A stretch of DNA of 64,000 bases from Octopus sinensis. Lineage: Eukaryota. The notes under the pieces are model-generated. The model had not been told where the DNA came from. It did no database searches and worked only from the letters and a program-made list of their open reading frames with translations. Shown one piece after another: positions 1 to 12,560 of the stretch. Made by a program: the position numbers and the translations under genes. The stretch covers positions 132,060,001 through 132,124,000 of the forward strand of contig NC_042997.1 in NCBI RefSeq assembly GCF_006345805.1, read 5' to 3'. The stretch's first letter is position 1. Every line of letters begins with the position of its first letter.

Positions 1-200
1 TATACTTCTGACATTGTTTTATATAGCCACATCTAAATTCTCTAATTTAGCTTTCATAAACCAGACTTTCAATATCAAATACTTTACAATCAATAGACTG
101 GTGCTGATCTGCAGACATGTTGTCTCTTCTGCTACAGTGGTCTTTGTACTTCAGAGCTGATTGGTCTATTACCACCTTCACTCAAGCACTCCTGATTCAT

Positions 201-418
201 TCATCTCTTTTCTATGTATTGCCCAGGCCCTGCATAAAACATTTTTCTCAGGTCTTTCTTCCTTCTCAAAACATTGGTCTTCTGGAATTCCTTCCATGCA
301 CATATTTTTTCTACAATTGTGGTCCTGTAAGTGTTGAAGTAGAATGTTAATGGTGTCAGTCTCACAAATTTCAATGGGTCTGCATAGGCCATGTATAATC
401 CCCTTTCTATAGTCCAAA
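201..418 (-). CDS. Candidate terminal exon of an unidentified gene
   Basis: Strong acceptor tttttctttctattag at 419-420. Phase-1 frame reads WTIERGLYMAYADPLKFVRLTPLTFYFNTYRT...AGPGQYIEKR*; a second frame is open to 178. Non-repetitive sequence. Confidence 0.4.
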
Positions 419-484
419 CTAATAGAAAGAAAAACCAAACATTTTGTAATTCTTTCTTGTAATGTTATTTTTTTCCCAAATCCT

Positions 485-885
485 TGTGGCTCCCATGTTG
501 GTGGCATGTAAAAAGCACTATCCAAATGTGATCGATGCCAGGGCCGCCTGACTGGTTCCCATGCCAGTGGCACATAAAAAGCACCATTTGAATGTGGCTG
601 ATGCCAGTGCCCTCTGACTGGCTCCCGTGCCAGTGGCACATATAAAGCACTATCCAAACACAATTGATGCCAGTTACCCCTGACTGACTCCTGTGCTGGT
701 GGCATGTAAAAAGCATCCACTACACTCTCAGAGTGGTTGGCGTTTGGAAGGGCATCCAGCTGTAGAAACATTGCCAGATCAGATTGGAGCCTGGTGCAGC
801 CAATGGCTTTCCAGATCTCAGTCAAACCATCCAACTCATATCAGCATGGAAAATGGATGTTAAACGACTACGATGATGATGATCC
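485..885 (+). mobile_element. RTE 3'-tail element with ~66-bp tandem units (other short copies at ~8425-8607, 20010-20175, 33240-33510, 45308-45500, 45777-45920, 50505-50690)
   Basis: Same unit and tail motifs as 9445-9888. Confidence 0.85.
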
Positions 886-1312
886 CACCATAAATGATAA
901 AATAAAATACCAGTTTAGCACTGAGGTCAATGGTACTGACCAGCACCTCCCTTCAAAACGGCTGACCTTGTGTCTGAAACTGACACTTTTTTTCTCATAC
1001 TAGCACCAAGTTCTGAAATTTTGTCAGAAAAGGTTTGTCCATTAAAATTGTTTTTGTCTGGTACTCTATTTTATCAACCTCCAAAAGAATGAAAGGCAAA
1101 ATTGACCTTAGCAAGATTTGAACACTGAATGTAAGAAGCCTAAAGAAATATTAGCAGTAAAATAAATTACCAGTCAAGACATGGGGGCAGTTTTAGTCAA
1201 CTAACCCCACCCACCAGAAATTATTATCACCTCCATCTGAGACAGTACTACTATCACTACCATGGTCATTATCAATGCTGGTATCAGCATTTGTGGCAAC
1301 ATCAACAGCAGT

Positions 1313-1782
1313 GGAGGTGCAATGGCCCAGTGGTTAGGGTAGCGGACTTGCGGTCATAAGAACGTGGTTTTGATTCCCAGACTGGGCATTGTAAGTGTTT
1401 ATTGAGCTCCAGGGGTGGGGAGCGAACCCCGCTCTACTCTTTCACCACAACTTTCTCTCACTCTTTCTTCCTACTTCTGCCACAAAGCAGAGAAACCATG
1501 GTGTAACCTACTATAGTGTGGTAAACTTTCAGACCCTAGTCTAGATTGCGAATCCTCTGTACCCCAGGATGGTTCAGCTCTCCACCCGTTAAAGGTCACC
1601 ATTTACGGAATGAGGATGACAATGTAGCTCTCGCGCCCATGCAACTGCCAGTTTATCGCGTGTGGTGGGTGGGTCTTCAAGTTGCCACACGCATTCTTAG
1701 TAGCTTAGAGCAGGCTCGAATTAGAGATTATTCTTTGTGGCTAATGGAGTGAGTCCTGATTGGAAGAAGAAGAAAAAGAAAG
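1313..1782 (+). mobile_element. tRNA-headed SINE family C, tail type 1
   Basis: A box tggcccagtgg; 14-bp TSD acatcaacagcagt (1299-1312, 1783-1796); (AAG)n end. Confidence 0.8.
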
Positions 1783-2155
1783 ACATCAACAGCAGTAGAA
1801 AGGCAAACAAGAGCAATAGAAAAGAAGCAGCAGCAGCAGCAATATCAGCATTTAAGGATGTTGCTGGAGACTGATTTGATCTTGATTCATCAAAGTTCCT
1901 GAAAATGAAGTGAAATAGCAGGATACATCACTAAGGACCATGTTGCACCACCAATGGAGTTTGTGGAAGGAAAACACAGAAGATCAGAAGACATATATTT
2001 GCTTCCCAAGAAACAAATATAAGATTTCAATTTCCTCACAAAGGCAGATTTCTAAGAGTTCCTTTCCAATGTGTAGCTGGAGGTCTGTTATATTGAACGG
2101 GTCCAGAGTATGGAACAGTAAACCTGGTACTGAAAACAAAGGAGGAGCCAACATA

Positions 2156-2406
2156 TTGGGCTGGTGCATAATTATTGCGCCTTTTTTCCAACAAATTTTA
2201 TTCAACAAAAACAATGACAACATGTAACAAAAACATCTTTAAATGATTATTCCAAAGCATATTCACCATCTACTTCAATTGCTGCTTCCTATTTGCTTGG
2301 CAGACAGTCAGGCCATCATTGAAAGACGTTTTTGTTAAATATTGTTATTGTTTTTGTTGAATAAAATTTGTTGAAAAAAAGCCGCAATAATTATGCACCA
2401 ACCCAA
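2156..2406. mobile_element. Mariner-derived MITE
   Basis: ~65-bp TIRs (ttgggctggtgcataattattgcg... / ...cgcaataattatgcaccaacccaa) flanked by TA. Confidence 0.88.
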
Positions 2407-2559
2407 TATATTGTTCATGTAATATAGATTGACTTATAGACTGGTACTTGGTATAAGTGGCAAAGAAACATGTGACAGTCATGGGGAGAGAATGAAGAAA
2501 CATGAATGGTCATAATGTTTCCAAAGTAGTACATAGAAGTCATGAAGTGATGAGAAATT

Positions 2560-3480
2560 CAGACAAAAAAGTATTGGTTAGGAGTTGGTAAGGACCTCCA
2601 AATAATTTTTTATAAGTCTTAAGTATAATAAAGCTATTCTTGAGATATATCCCATCAAAGGTTCAGTGAAATTATTTGATTGGACTGGTGGTACAGAGCA
2701 GAAAACCAAAGTGCTACATGTGAGGCACCAAAACCCACCAAAGGGCTTTCTGCCCTTAAGAAGAAGACAAAAAATCAGGATAACAGACATCTGCAAAAGC
2801 AACAATAACCTAATCCTTCAGGGTAAAGCACAGGTGTATAAGACAAGGCTATTGCTGCTGGATACTAAAGACTAAAACACCACCAGTTCCCACTTCATGG
2901 ATAACTAAAAAAACAAAAATAGGGAAGTCACTTCATCAACAGCACCTGTAGCTACAGAGGTGGCGACCCAAGGCTTGGAAACATATCTCCCTCCAGCACA
3001 GAGCCAGTAAGAAGTCTTAGTTAATATTCCTAATTTGTCTTGGAAAAATGGGGAGGAAAAGAAACCTGAGGATAATTGAAAACCAGGTAGGATGGTTAAT
3101 GTATTGTGAAATAAAAAATAGCTATATCATGATAGAATGATGTTTGGGGTCTCTGATGGGAGACAGGTGGCTCTAGATGTGAATAACAGTATATGTCACA
3201 CCGTAAGGCTGGTGGCCATCTATGCCCCACTGAGGGGAAGTTGGTTAGATTTCTTCAAGTATCAGGAGACTTTTTTAATGATCTACTTGAAGGAGGAATG
3301 GCAGTCCCTAATTTTTTTAGGGCCTCTAAAACCAGTGTGAGGAAAGCAAAAAGTTGCTTGAGGAAAGCAAAAAATTGCTTGAAACAATGGATTCTGCTGA
3401 AGATGCCAAAGATATTCAAGAACCAGTAGGTGGCATTTTTCCAGTAGAGGGACTAAGTCTTCGACCTAAGAATAGAAACA
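2560..3480 (+). mobile_element. Possible very old L1/Tx1-like LINE fragment
   Basis: DGRQVALDV...VRLVAIYAP resembles APE endonuclease strands; otherwise heavily degenerate. Confidence 0.3.
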
Positions 3481-4005
3481 GTTGATTTGATAGGCTTCCA
3501 CAGTTTCTGTTTATCAAGTTTCACTCACAAGGCTTTGATGGTTGATCTGAAACTGTGGTAGAAGACACTTGCCCAAAGTACTGCCTTGTAAGATGGGATT
3601 GAACTCAAGACAACATTGTTGCAAAGCAAACTTCATTGCCACTCAGCCACACCTGCACCCTAAATCTTAGTCTAAGAAAAGAGGAATTAAATAGCTAAAA
3701 TATTTTATACGGAAATTATTAAACCATATTCATGTGTATTTTCTTGTATTTATTTATTTTGCTTAATTATTATTTTTTGAATTCTCTGTCTGTCCTGCAA
3801 CAATTTTCTTTTGATATGAAAATAGTACTACTGACCCTGAAAAGAGGAATAATAAAAAAAAATAAAGATTATATTGTCAAATTTTTTATTACTGTGATGA
3901 ACACATGTGACATGCATTGTATAAGAATATTTGATTCATATAAATCAAGCAACAACTATTTAATATGGTATTAAATCTAGTGCAGTATATTTTATAACAA
4001 CACTG

Positions 4006-4193
4006 TATTTTTTGCTGTGTCTGGGGAGAGTAATTTTCTTTTTGTGCCTTATAATTTAACACACTCACCAGTAAAATTTCAACTTATTTCTTATTTTTAT
4101 TTTCCTAAAATTTATCGTGAAAATTTTACCGGTGAGTGTGTTAAATTATAAGGCACAAAAAGAAAATGATTCTCCTCAGACACAACAGAATAT
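4006..4193. repeat. ~75-bp inverted repeat with 38-bp spacer
   Basis: 4006-4080 vs 4119-4193 are near-perfect reverse complements. Confidence 0.85.
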
Positions 4194-6152
4194 GCTTCAA
4201 CACACGAACTTATATAAAGAATCTTGCAAACCAAATCCAAAAACGAAATACTGTATTTTTTATTTAACCAATATATATAATAAATGAAAATGCCAAAATA
4301 CAATAGACTTTTAACATAGTTTCCACCAATTAGTTGTTGTTTTTTTTACAAGAGTTTAACTGTGGTGATATTTTATTTATTTTACTTTTGACATTTCCAG
4401 AATATTCTGTTCAATTCAAAGATATATGTCTTGAATAAATGAGTGAGATAGTTAGATAATGTTCAATAAAATTTGTCAGTCTGACCTTATCCACTCACAG
4501 TCAAAGTGAAAACCTCTACATGGTCAACCAATTTGCCAGAAATAGCAATCAAATTTCTCAGAAATAAGCACCCTGATGTCTTAAAAGTGAAATGGCACAT
4601 TACATAATGTAATCATAGATAAATAAGAGATTATTATGACTGGAATGCTTTCTTATCATAGGTCTGAATGATCAGCGCTGAATTAGGGCTATACAACAAT
4701 AACAACAACAGCAATAATTATTTAGATCTTTTGAGTACATTTTGTTCATTAGTATTAGTAGGGGTAGTAGAATGGCATCTAAATACTGACCACACCAACT
4801 GGGGCTGGGTAGATAAGCATTTAGAATGGAGGGTTGCAAAAGTCACTGAAATCTACTCAGATATTTTCAGGTGCATCGACAGAGAATGAATGGATTATCT
4901 TCATGTACTTCAGTGCACGGACTTTGGAAAATCAGAATAGGCCATCCAGATTGTACTTAGAATGTTTGTTAGTACAGCTGACCGAGTTAGTATAAGTAGT
5001 ATACTTATTTTATGTATTTGATTGCACAAAACAAGAGTTTATGATATGTATACTCAATGTAGATTGGAGTTTTTGAAAAGGAAGCAGTTACTAAAAGCTG
5101 AACATGCCATTTAAAGCATGGAGAGTATATATTTATTGGATTAGAGTATTAACTGAATGGTCATTGACAAGCATAATTATAACTAATGGATGATGGGTAG
5201 GCCTGAAAAGGAAAATTAAGAATCTATTAAGAAACTGAAGTGCTGACAGGCAGCTACACCTGGGGCCAATTACAACCCCTTACCAAAGAATGAGACATAT
5301 GGTGATCTCTTACTGATGTCATATGCTCCACAAAGAGTTATAGGATTAAGAAGAATCAGTGAAAAGCATTACATGCGGTGAGGTACTAGCTTATTTAACA
5401 GGAGCTGATAGGAAGGATCTTATAGTCCAAGTGGTAATGGTCAGAATGGCACTTGATCATGTCTTCAATGCTAAACACAAAGCTGTGCTGTCCAAGATAA
5501 AGTGAAACTATACAAAAGGTGTTCAGTGAGTCAGAGTGAAACAATCATGTCATGACAACTGAGCCATGATATGCCTGTGTCATTAAGGTATCATGACATA
5601 CCTATGTCACCATTATATGGTGTTTAACAGACCATAGAGGTATGTGATATCTGATTGCAAGTAGATTTGTGCAGTTTTATCTGCAATATTTTGATAAGTT
5701 GTTTGAGAAGGGTGATGAACTACAAGGAGTAGGCTTTGATGTCTATTTCAACAGCCTTCCACAAATCATGGTAAAAAATGATAAAGTGAGAAAATCTGAT
5801 TTCAGTAACTATTTCTGGTTGTGCAAGAGACAAGTCACCAAGATTGGATGGTCCATTTTCTCTACAAATTCTGTTCAGCATATGAGATTTGTTGGTCCAG
5901 GGAACAGGGTTGTCTGTATTGTACAGTGGTAGCTGATTGGTAATAGTGGTAAATAGCCACCATCCTTGACTGTTTTGTATCTCATACTCAGTCAAATAGT
6001 GCCGCTTTCATTGCTTTTGTATGTTCTAGCTCTTGAGTTCAATTCCTGTGGTGACAAAAGCAACTAGCATCCTGGGGCAGAATTATCTCTCATCTGAGTT
6101 ATAGGAACCAAAGACAGTCACAAGTAACCTTGTGATTTGGGTAACACGAGAA

Positions 6153-7260
6153 TCTTACTATAATGTCCATCTGTCTGTCTGTTCCCTCTTCACAGTCAAA
6201 CAGCTGGATCAATGGTCACAAAGATTTTGAGACAAAGAAGGAGGTAATCAGGAATTTTGCTAGCAAAAGAAAGAGAAAAATGCAAAAAAGTATGATTATT
6301 TAGTGGATATTGAGTTTTGTATTAATAAATCACCTTTGATTTTTTTTTTTTAATTCTGGTGATGAGAATTAACTCTGTATACTTTGTGAATTTAGAGGGT
6401 TTAGATTTGTGACACTGTCCCTTTATTTCCCATCATAGATGGGCAGATTTGCTATCTTACTATAATGAGCATTATGTCTGTCTGCCCATCTCTTTGTCTG
6501 TTTCCTCTTCACAGCCAAATGGTATTTTTCGGGATTACAAAAACAGTTGTCAGGAAGGTTTTTAGCATTAAAAAATCAGAAAATATGATTATTTCATGGA
6601 TATCGGTTTTTGAATCGATAAACCACCTTCGCATTTTTATTAAAAATTCACCGACCACTAGTAACTCTTGAGTTTCATCGTATAGTTCGTGGCCCCATCA
6701 TAGATATGAAGGGGTTCATGAGGATTGTTAATAGTGAAAATAAAATGGAAAAAATGTGTGTCAGTATACAGTGTGTGCGATTATTTAGTGGTTATTGAAG
6801 TGTGTCAGTCTTAAGCAGGATTCGAAATGGCTAATTGAAGTGGCTGTTGTTTACATCTCAGTTTTGTCAATCAAAATAACCCATAGTACCAGAACATCCA
6901 GACATTATTCACACAGAACAGTGAGAGGTAAGTCTTAGTTTGATTTTTTGCAACACTAAAGATTCCGCTCATGTATTCACAGCAAACAAGGCACAGGGCC
7001 AGACTTTAGATCGTGTAGGTGTATTTTTATCCACTTTTACACATGGCTAGTTATACGTCACTATGAGTAGAGCAATGGACTCCAGTAATTTGAAAATTAG
7101 TGTCTACCAAACAGAAAATATCATCTACAAAGAAGTTTTGTAATCATATTGATATTATCGAAAGGAATATGATTCATAATTTAAACAAGAAAATTTGTGA
7201 ACTTTCAATGTATAAGAGTATAAACAAGCTTAAAATAATATAAACAACTAAAATAAAAGT
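6153..7260 (+). mobile_element. Helitron remnant(s) with PIF1 helicase C-terminal fragment
   Basis: Two 5'-like starts tcttactataatg + (ctgt)n at 6153 and 6455. 6967-7143 reads TANKAQGQTLDRVGVFL..FTHG*LYVTMSR...TENIIYKEVL*. Confidence 0.8.
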
Positions 7261-8030
7261 ATATCTAAATAATATTTTTTTCTTAATACTTTTTATGTAG
7301 TGGTCGAAAGAAACTCTGACCTTTATTAGGAGGGGTCCACATAACCATTCATGATACAGAGGATGGGAGCCTATTTCAGTTCGAGAGTGAATCGTCATCA
7401 CATATCACTTAGTTGCAATAGAATGCTGTATCACCAACAATAATGTGATTTCTCTAAGACATCACCCAGTAATCTATCAAGTCCATTTACACATTTTTCA
7501 GTACTTCCCTCTCTCATTTTATGCCTCCATTGTAGATGAGTAGATTTGCTAGTTCAGAGAATTTTCATATTTAATTTTACTCTTCAAAATTGCGACAAAT
7601 TATTGAACATCAAAATTAGTCATCATCATTGTTGTAATCATTCCAGTAATAATCTAGATCAGACCAAACACTGTGGATGCAGACATGGTGGTGTTGTTGA
7701 GATGTTCACTTCACAATCACCTTATGATACACTGTGTCTTCTACTAAATCTTTGAGCAGCCCAAACCATGTGACAGAAATTTGGTAGACAGAAACTTTTG
7801 TGGAATTTTATCAGATGGCTATCACTGCATCATTCTGTCATTCTGTAGTAGCAAGTTTGATATCCTTGCTCTGTTGTATGACCCAGCCCAGTGGTATGGC
7901 TCATTATATTTAGTAAGACTGGTAATGAGGTATTCAACTGAAGACCTGAACAAGGTAGTTGAAAAAGGTAACTGAAATGGTACTCCCTGATATCCTTTTA
8001 ATGATTTATTGCACAAGCCATGCAGAATCA

Positions 8031-8172
8031 CACAAGCTAAATATAGTCTCAAACCCAGTGTGATCATACTGACCAAATGTAATCGCACTAAGTAAATATT
8101 GCACAAGCTAAATATAGTCTCAAACCCAGTGTGATCATACTGACCAAATGTAATCGCACTAAGTAAATATTG
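8031..8172. repeat. Perfect 71-bp tandem duplication
   Basis: 8031-8101 is identical to 8102-8172. Confidence 0.95.
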
Positions 8173-8953
8173 TTTTTCAATTTTGGTGCAATGCCAGTAA
8201 GTTTGGGGAAGGGAATGTATCTATTACATCAACCCCAATGTTAACTGGTACTTACTTTATTGACCCCGAAAAGATGAAAGGCAAAGCCAACCTCGGCAGA
8301 ATTTGAACTCAGAATTTAAAGACAGACGACATACCACTAAGCATTTTGCTTATCATGCTAATGATTCTGCTACCTTACTGCCTCAGGAATAAGGCAAATA
8401 TTGACAGGAACCAAATAGGATACCATCATCATCATCATTATCATCGTTTAACGTCTGCTTTCCGTGCTAGCATGGGTTGGACGATTTGACTGAGGTCTGG
8501 TGAACCAGATGGCTGCACCAGACTCCAATCTGATCTGGCAGAGTTTCTACAGCTGGATGCCCTTCCTAATGCTAACCACTTCGAGAGGAAGGGCATCCAG
8601 CTGTAGACAATATGGATTAACTATAGAAACTATAGACACTGACTTAATGTAGTTAGACAGACTAAACATAGTCACCTTGAAAAGTGCTTATCTATTCAAA
8701 ACAACACCTAGGTCGCAAGAGCCATTTTTTTTCAAAAATTTGCAAAAATTATTTCTAAGCAATTAAAGCCAAAACAATGAAGTAAGCAAGAAGTATGTAA
8801 ACAATACAGGAAATATATCTTTGTTTAGAAACAAAATTCTTGTGATCGTGCCAAAAATGTTATTCTTTCTTCCTTTTCAAATATTCTTAAATGATTTAAA
8901 ACAATTTAAAAAAACAATAACTTGATTAAAAATAGCAAGACACCTGCCTGACT

Positions 8954-9150
8954 GTATGTATGTATGTATGTATGTATGTATGTATGTATGTATGTATGTA
9001 TGTATGTATGTATGTATGTATTTATGTATGTATGTATGTATATATGTATGTATGTATGTATGCATGTGTATGTATGTATGTATGCATGTATGTATGTATG
9101 TATGTATGTATGTATGTATGTATGTATGTATGTATGTATGTATGTATGTA
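8954..9150. repeat. (TATG)n microsatellite
   Basis: Direct reading. Confidence 0.98.
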
Positions 9151-9363
9151 CATACATATGGGTGCTGTGCTTGTATGTGTGCATGTGTATGTATTTAAAC
9201 CTAAGCTGTTTATATATATATATACAAATTGAGATAGGGGTTGTGAGTGCAACCCACCATGGGATAACATATATCCAATATACTGCCAGTAAAGCACCCA
9301 ACAAAGTTAATACATAAATGTTAAAAATTGCGATGCAATTAATTCATTTTGTATTATATATTT

Positions 9364-9420
<57 letters not shown>

Positions 9421-9444
9421 ACCTATATATATATATATATATAT

Positions 9445-9888
9445 GCTGTGGGCACGTAACAATCACCATCCGATCGTGGCCGATCGCCAGCCTAATCTGG
9501 CTCCTGTGTCGGTGGAACATAAAAAAAACACCATCCGAGCGTGGTCGTCTGCTAGCCTTGTCTGGCACCTGTGTCGGTGGCACATAAAAACACCATCTGA
9601 GCGTGGCCGTTCGCCAGCCTCGTCTGGCACCTGTGTCGGTGGCACATAAAAACACCATCCGAGCGTGGCCGTTTGCCAGCCTCGTCTGGCACCTGTGTCG
9701 GTGGCACATAAAATCACCCACTACACTCTCGGAGTGGTTGGCGTTAGGAAGGGCATCCAGCTGTAGAAACACTGCCAGATCTGACTGGCCTGGTGCAGCC
9801 TTCGGGCTCCCCAGACCCCAGTTGAACCGTCCAACCCATGCTAGCATGGAAAGCGGACGTTAAATGATGATGATGATGATGATGATAT
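9445..9888 (+). mobile_element. RTE 3'-tail element with 62-bp tandem units
   Basis: Units at 9505, 9570, 9632, 9694, then the conserved gagtggttggcgttaggaagggcatccagc...catgctagcatgg...(GAT)n end shared with the RTE LINE. Confidence 0.88.
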
Positions 9889-10287
9889 CATATATATATA
9901 TATAATGTTTATAAGTATGTATGCGCATGTGTATGTTTAGGTTTCTCGTTCTGTTGGGGATAAGTTTGGGCAACTGATGTGCTGATGATATTTATTGTGG
10001 CAGAAGCACTTGTCTACAGGTGTCCTGTTGTTGAAAGTCAATCAGACTGTTCTTTTTCCTTAACAGCATATCAGTTTTGGAGACTTTTTGATTCTTGAGA
10101 GCAAATCTCTTTCTCATTTGGAGTTGGTCCCAGCTGCTAATGAGTGATTGCTGTAGCTTAATTGGAAGTAGAGATAATTTCAATGACTCAAGCATGTATC
10201 CAATGACAACAATATTTAAACAAAATTGGTCACAGAAAGCTTTCAAGTACATCGTTGTCATCATGATTGTTGCCAATGCCATCATCG

Positions 10288-10333
<46 letters not shown>

Positions 10334-10477
10334 TGTCATCATCATCATCATCTTTTAATGTCTATTTTCCATGGTGGCATGGGTTGGATGGTTTGACAGG
10401 AACTGACAATGCCCTCCATATCTATAAAGCACCTGCTGGGCTAATGCCACATAAAAAGCACCCAGTACACTCTATAA

Positions 10478-10802
10478 GTGGAGGTGCAATGGCCCAGTGG
10501 TTAGGGTAGTGGGCTTGTAGTCGGAGGATCGCGGTTTCGATTCCCAGATCAGGCGTTGTGCGTGTTTATTGAGCAAAAACATATAAAGCTCCACGAGGCT
10601 CTGGCAGGGAGTGGTGGCGACCCCTGTTGTATACTTTCACCCCAACTTTCTCTCTTTCTCTCTCTCTTCCTGGATTTTGAGTAACGCTGCAATCGACTGG
10701 TGTCCCGTCCAGCTGGGAGGGAACACATATGCCACAGAAACCAGGAAACCGGGCCCATAAGCCTGGCTAGGCTTGAAAAGAGTGCATAAATAAATAAATA
10801 AA
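10478..10802 (+). mobile_element. SINE family C, tail type 2
   Basis: A box and B box (gtttcgattcc); TSD acactctataa (10467-10477, 10803-10813); inserted into an RTE-tail element. Confidence 0.88.
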
Positions 10803-11227
10803 ACACTCTATAAAGTGGTTGGCATTAGGAAAGGCATCCAGCCATAGAAACCATGATAAAACAGACAATTGGAGCCTGGTGCATCTCTCGGCTGGCCAGC
10901 TCCGGTCAAACCGTCCAACCTGTGCCAGAATGGAAAATAGATGTTAAATGGTGATAATGGTAATGATAATGATGACGTATGTGTGTATGTGTATGCATGT
11001 GTGCATGCGGTGGGGGATGCGGAGGCAGTACTCTTGTCTTAACATCATGTCATTGCAAATAAGCATCACCTCCATACAAGAAACGTTTGTTTCCTGGTTT
11101 CCATGGAAAATATGTCTGGCCAGGGGAAATAGGTGAGGGCTGATGACAGGAAGAGTATCTAACTGCAGAAAATCTGCCTCAACAAATTTTGTGTGACCCA
11201 TGCAAGCATAGAAAAGTGGACATTAAA

Positions 11228-11277
11228 TGATGATGATGATGATGATGATGATGATGGTGGTGGTGATGACGATGATA

Positions 11278-11322
<45 letters not shown>

Positions 11323-11343
11323 GTGATGGTGATGATGATGATG
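11228..11343. repeat. (GAT)n microsatellite at an RTE-tail end
   Basis: Direct reading; follows gaaaagtggacattaaa. Confidence 0.95.
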
Positions 11344-12126
11344 AAATTGCTCATTTGAAGGTAGAGGCTTTTGGATTTTCACAAGCATCTTATCATTTCT
11401 TACTAAGTTTCTCCACAAACACTTCAACAGATCTTTCATGTTTAGGCAATTATCAAAGCTTAGTTATTCTGTTATTTGAATTCTACATTCTCTGTGGTTT
11501 AGACCCAAGGCTCTTACTTGCGTTCTGATTTTACCTTATCTTATTTCCTATCCTTTCATAACCAATATGTGCAGTGTTTACTAATTCAGTCAGCCTGTTC
11601 AACTGCCAAGTTCAGCAAAGTGTCACTGGCTTTTATAACAAGTGCAGTTGGCTTTTACAGGTGTGGCTGATGTCTACAGCATGTGAAACTGGCGTTTACC
11701 GCAAGAGCAAATGGTTAACAGGAGCCAATAGTTAAATGCTGACCAAAAAAGAAGGGAAACATGTGAGAATTATGTTGCAGCAAATCTGACATATTTATTG
11801 TGTCATGTGACCTTGCCCAGTGGTCACATGATCCATGCTCTTTGATGAGGTTGTCAATTTGATGGAGGAGATGAACTCAGTAGTTAAATATAGCAATTGA
11901 AGCAAGTACACAAAGAGCTTATTACAATGACCATTTGACCATTGGATACCTTTAGTAGAATTCAACATAGCTATAAGCAGTCAGACTGAGTCTCTGGTTA
12001 GAAGATAACTTATGAGTTGCAATTCCTTTCTACCTCTTCTTGAGCAGTGTTAGAGATGCTGCAACAGAAATAGATAACGAATACTGCCCTTCCACCCTTG
12101 ACTAAGCTGTAAAATGTAATTAAAAG

Positions 12127-12299
12127 CAGGCATAGGAGTGGCTGTGTGGTAAGTAGCTTGTTTACAAACCACATGGTTCCGGGTTCAGTCCCACTGCATG
12201 GCACCTTGGGCAAGTGTCTTCTACTATAGCCTCGGGCTGACCAAAGCCTTGTAAGTGGATTTGGTAGATGGAAACTGAAAGAAGCCCATCGTATATATG

Positions 12300-12346
<47 letters not shown>

Positions 12347-12560
12347 ATATGTTTGTGTGTCTGTGTTTGTCCCCCCAACATCGCTTGACAATGATGCTGG
12401 TGTGTTTACGTCCCCGTAACTTAGCGGTTCGGCAAAAGTGACCAATAGAATAAGTACTAGGCTTACAAAGAATAAGTCCTGGAGTCTATTTGCTCGACTA
12501 AAGGCGCTGCTCCAGCATGGCCGAAGTCAAATGACTGAAACAAGTAAAAGAGTAAAAGAG
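12127..12560 (+). mobile_element. tRNA-headed SINE family A (~430 bp, internal TA/TG microsatellite)
   Basis: A box (tggctgtgtgg), B-box-like ggttcagtccc, tail ...gactgaaacaagtaaaagag; more than 10 copies in the window. Confidence 0.85.

Noticed and set aside
178-834. 218-aa ORF
   Set aside because: It is a chance fusion of an antisense RTE-tail repeat with the candidate exon at 418.
5669-5995. Overlapping 87/91-aa ORFs in unique sequence
   Set aside because: No recognisable motif or convincing splice sites.
8877-9317. YVCM/HTYI, poly-H/D/M and similar ORFs (also 35321-35766, 44491-45231, 48134-48724, 57487-57897)
   Set aside because: They are translations of microsatellites.
9445-9720. 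CRISPR-like repeat array
   Set aside because: The units are contiguous with no unique spacers, there are no cas genes, and the array is part of an RTE 3'UTR in a eukaryote.
10478-10550. tRNA genes at SINE heads
   Set aside because: A and B boxes are present, but there is no complete cloverleaf and the heads run into SINE bodies with TSDs.
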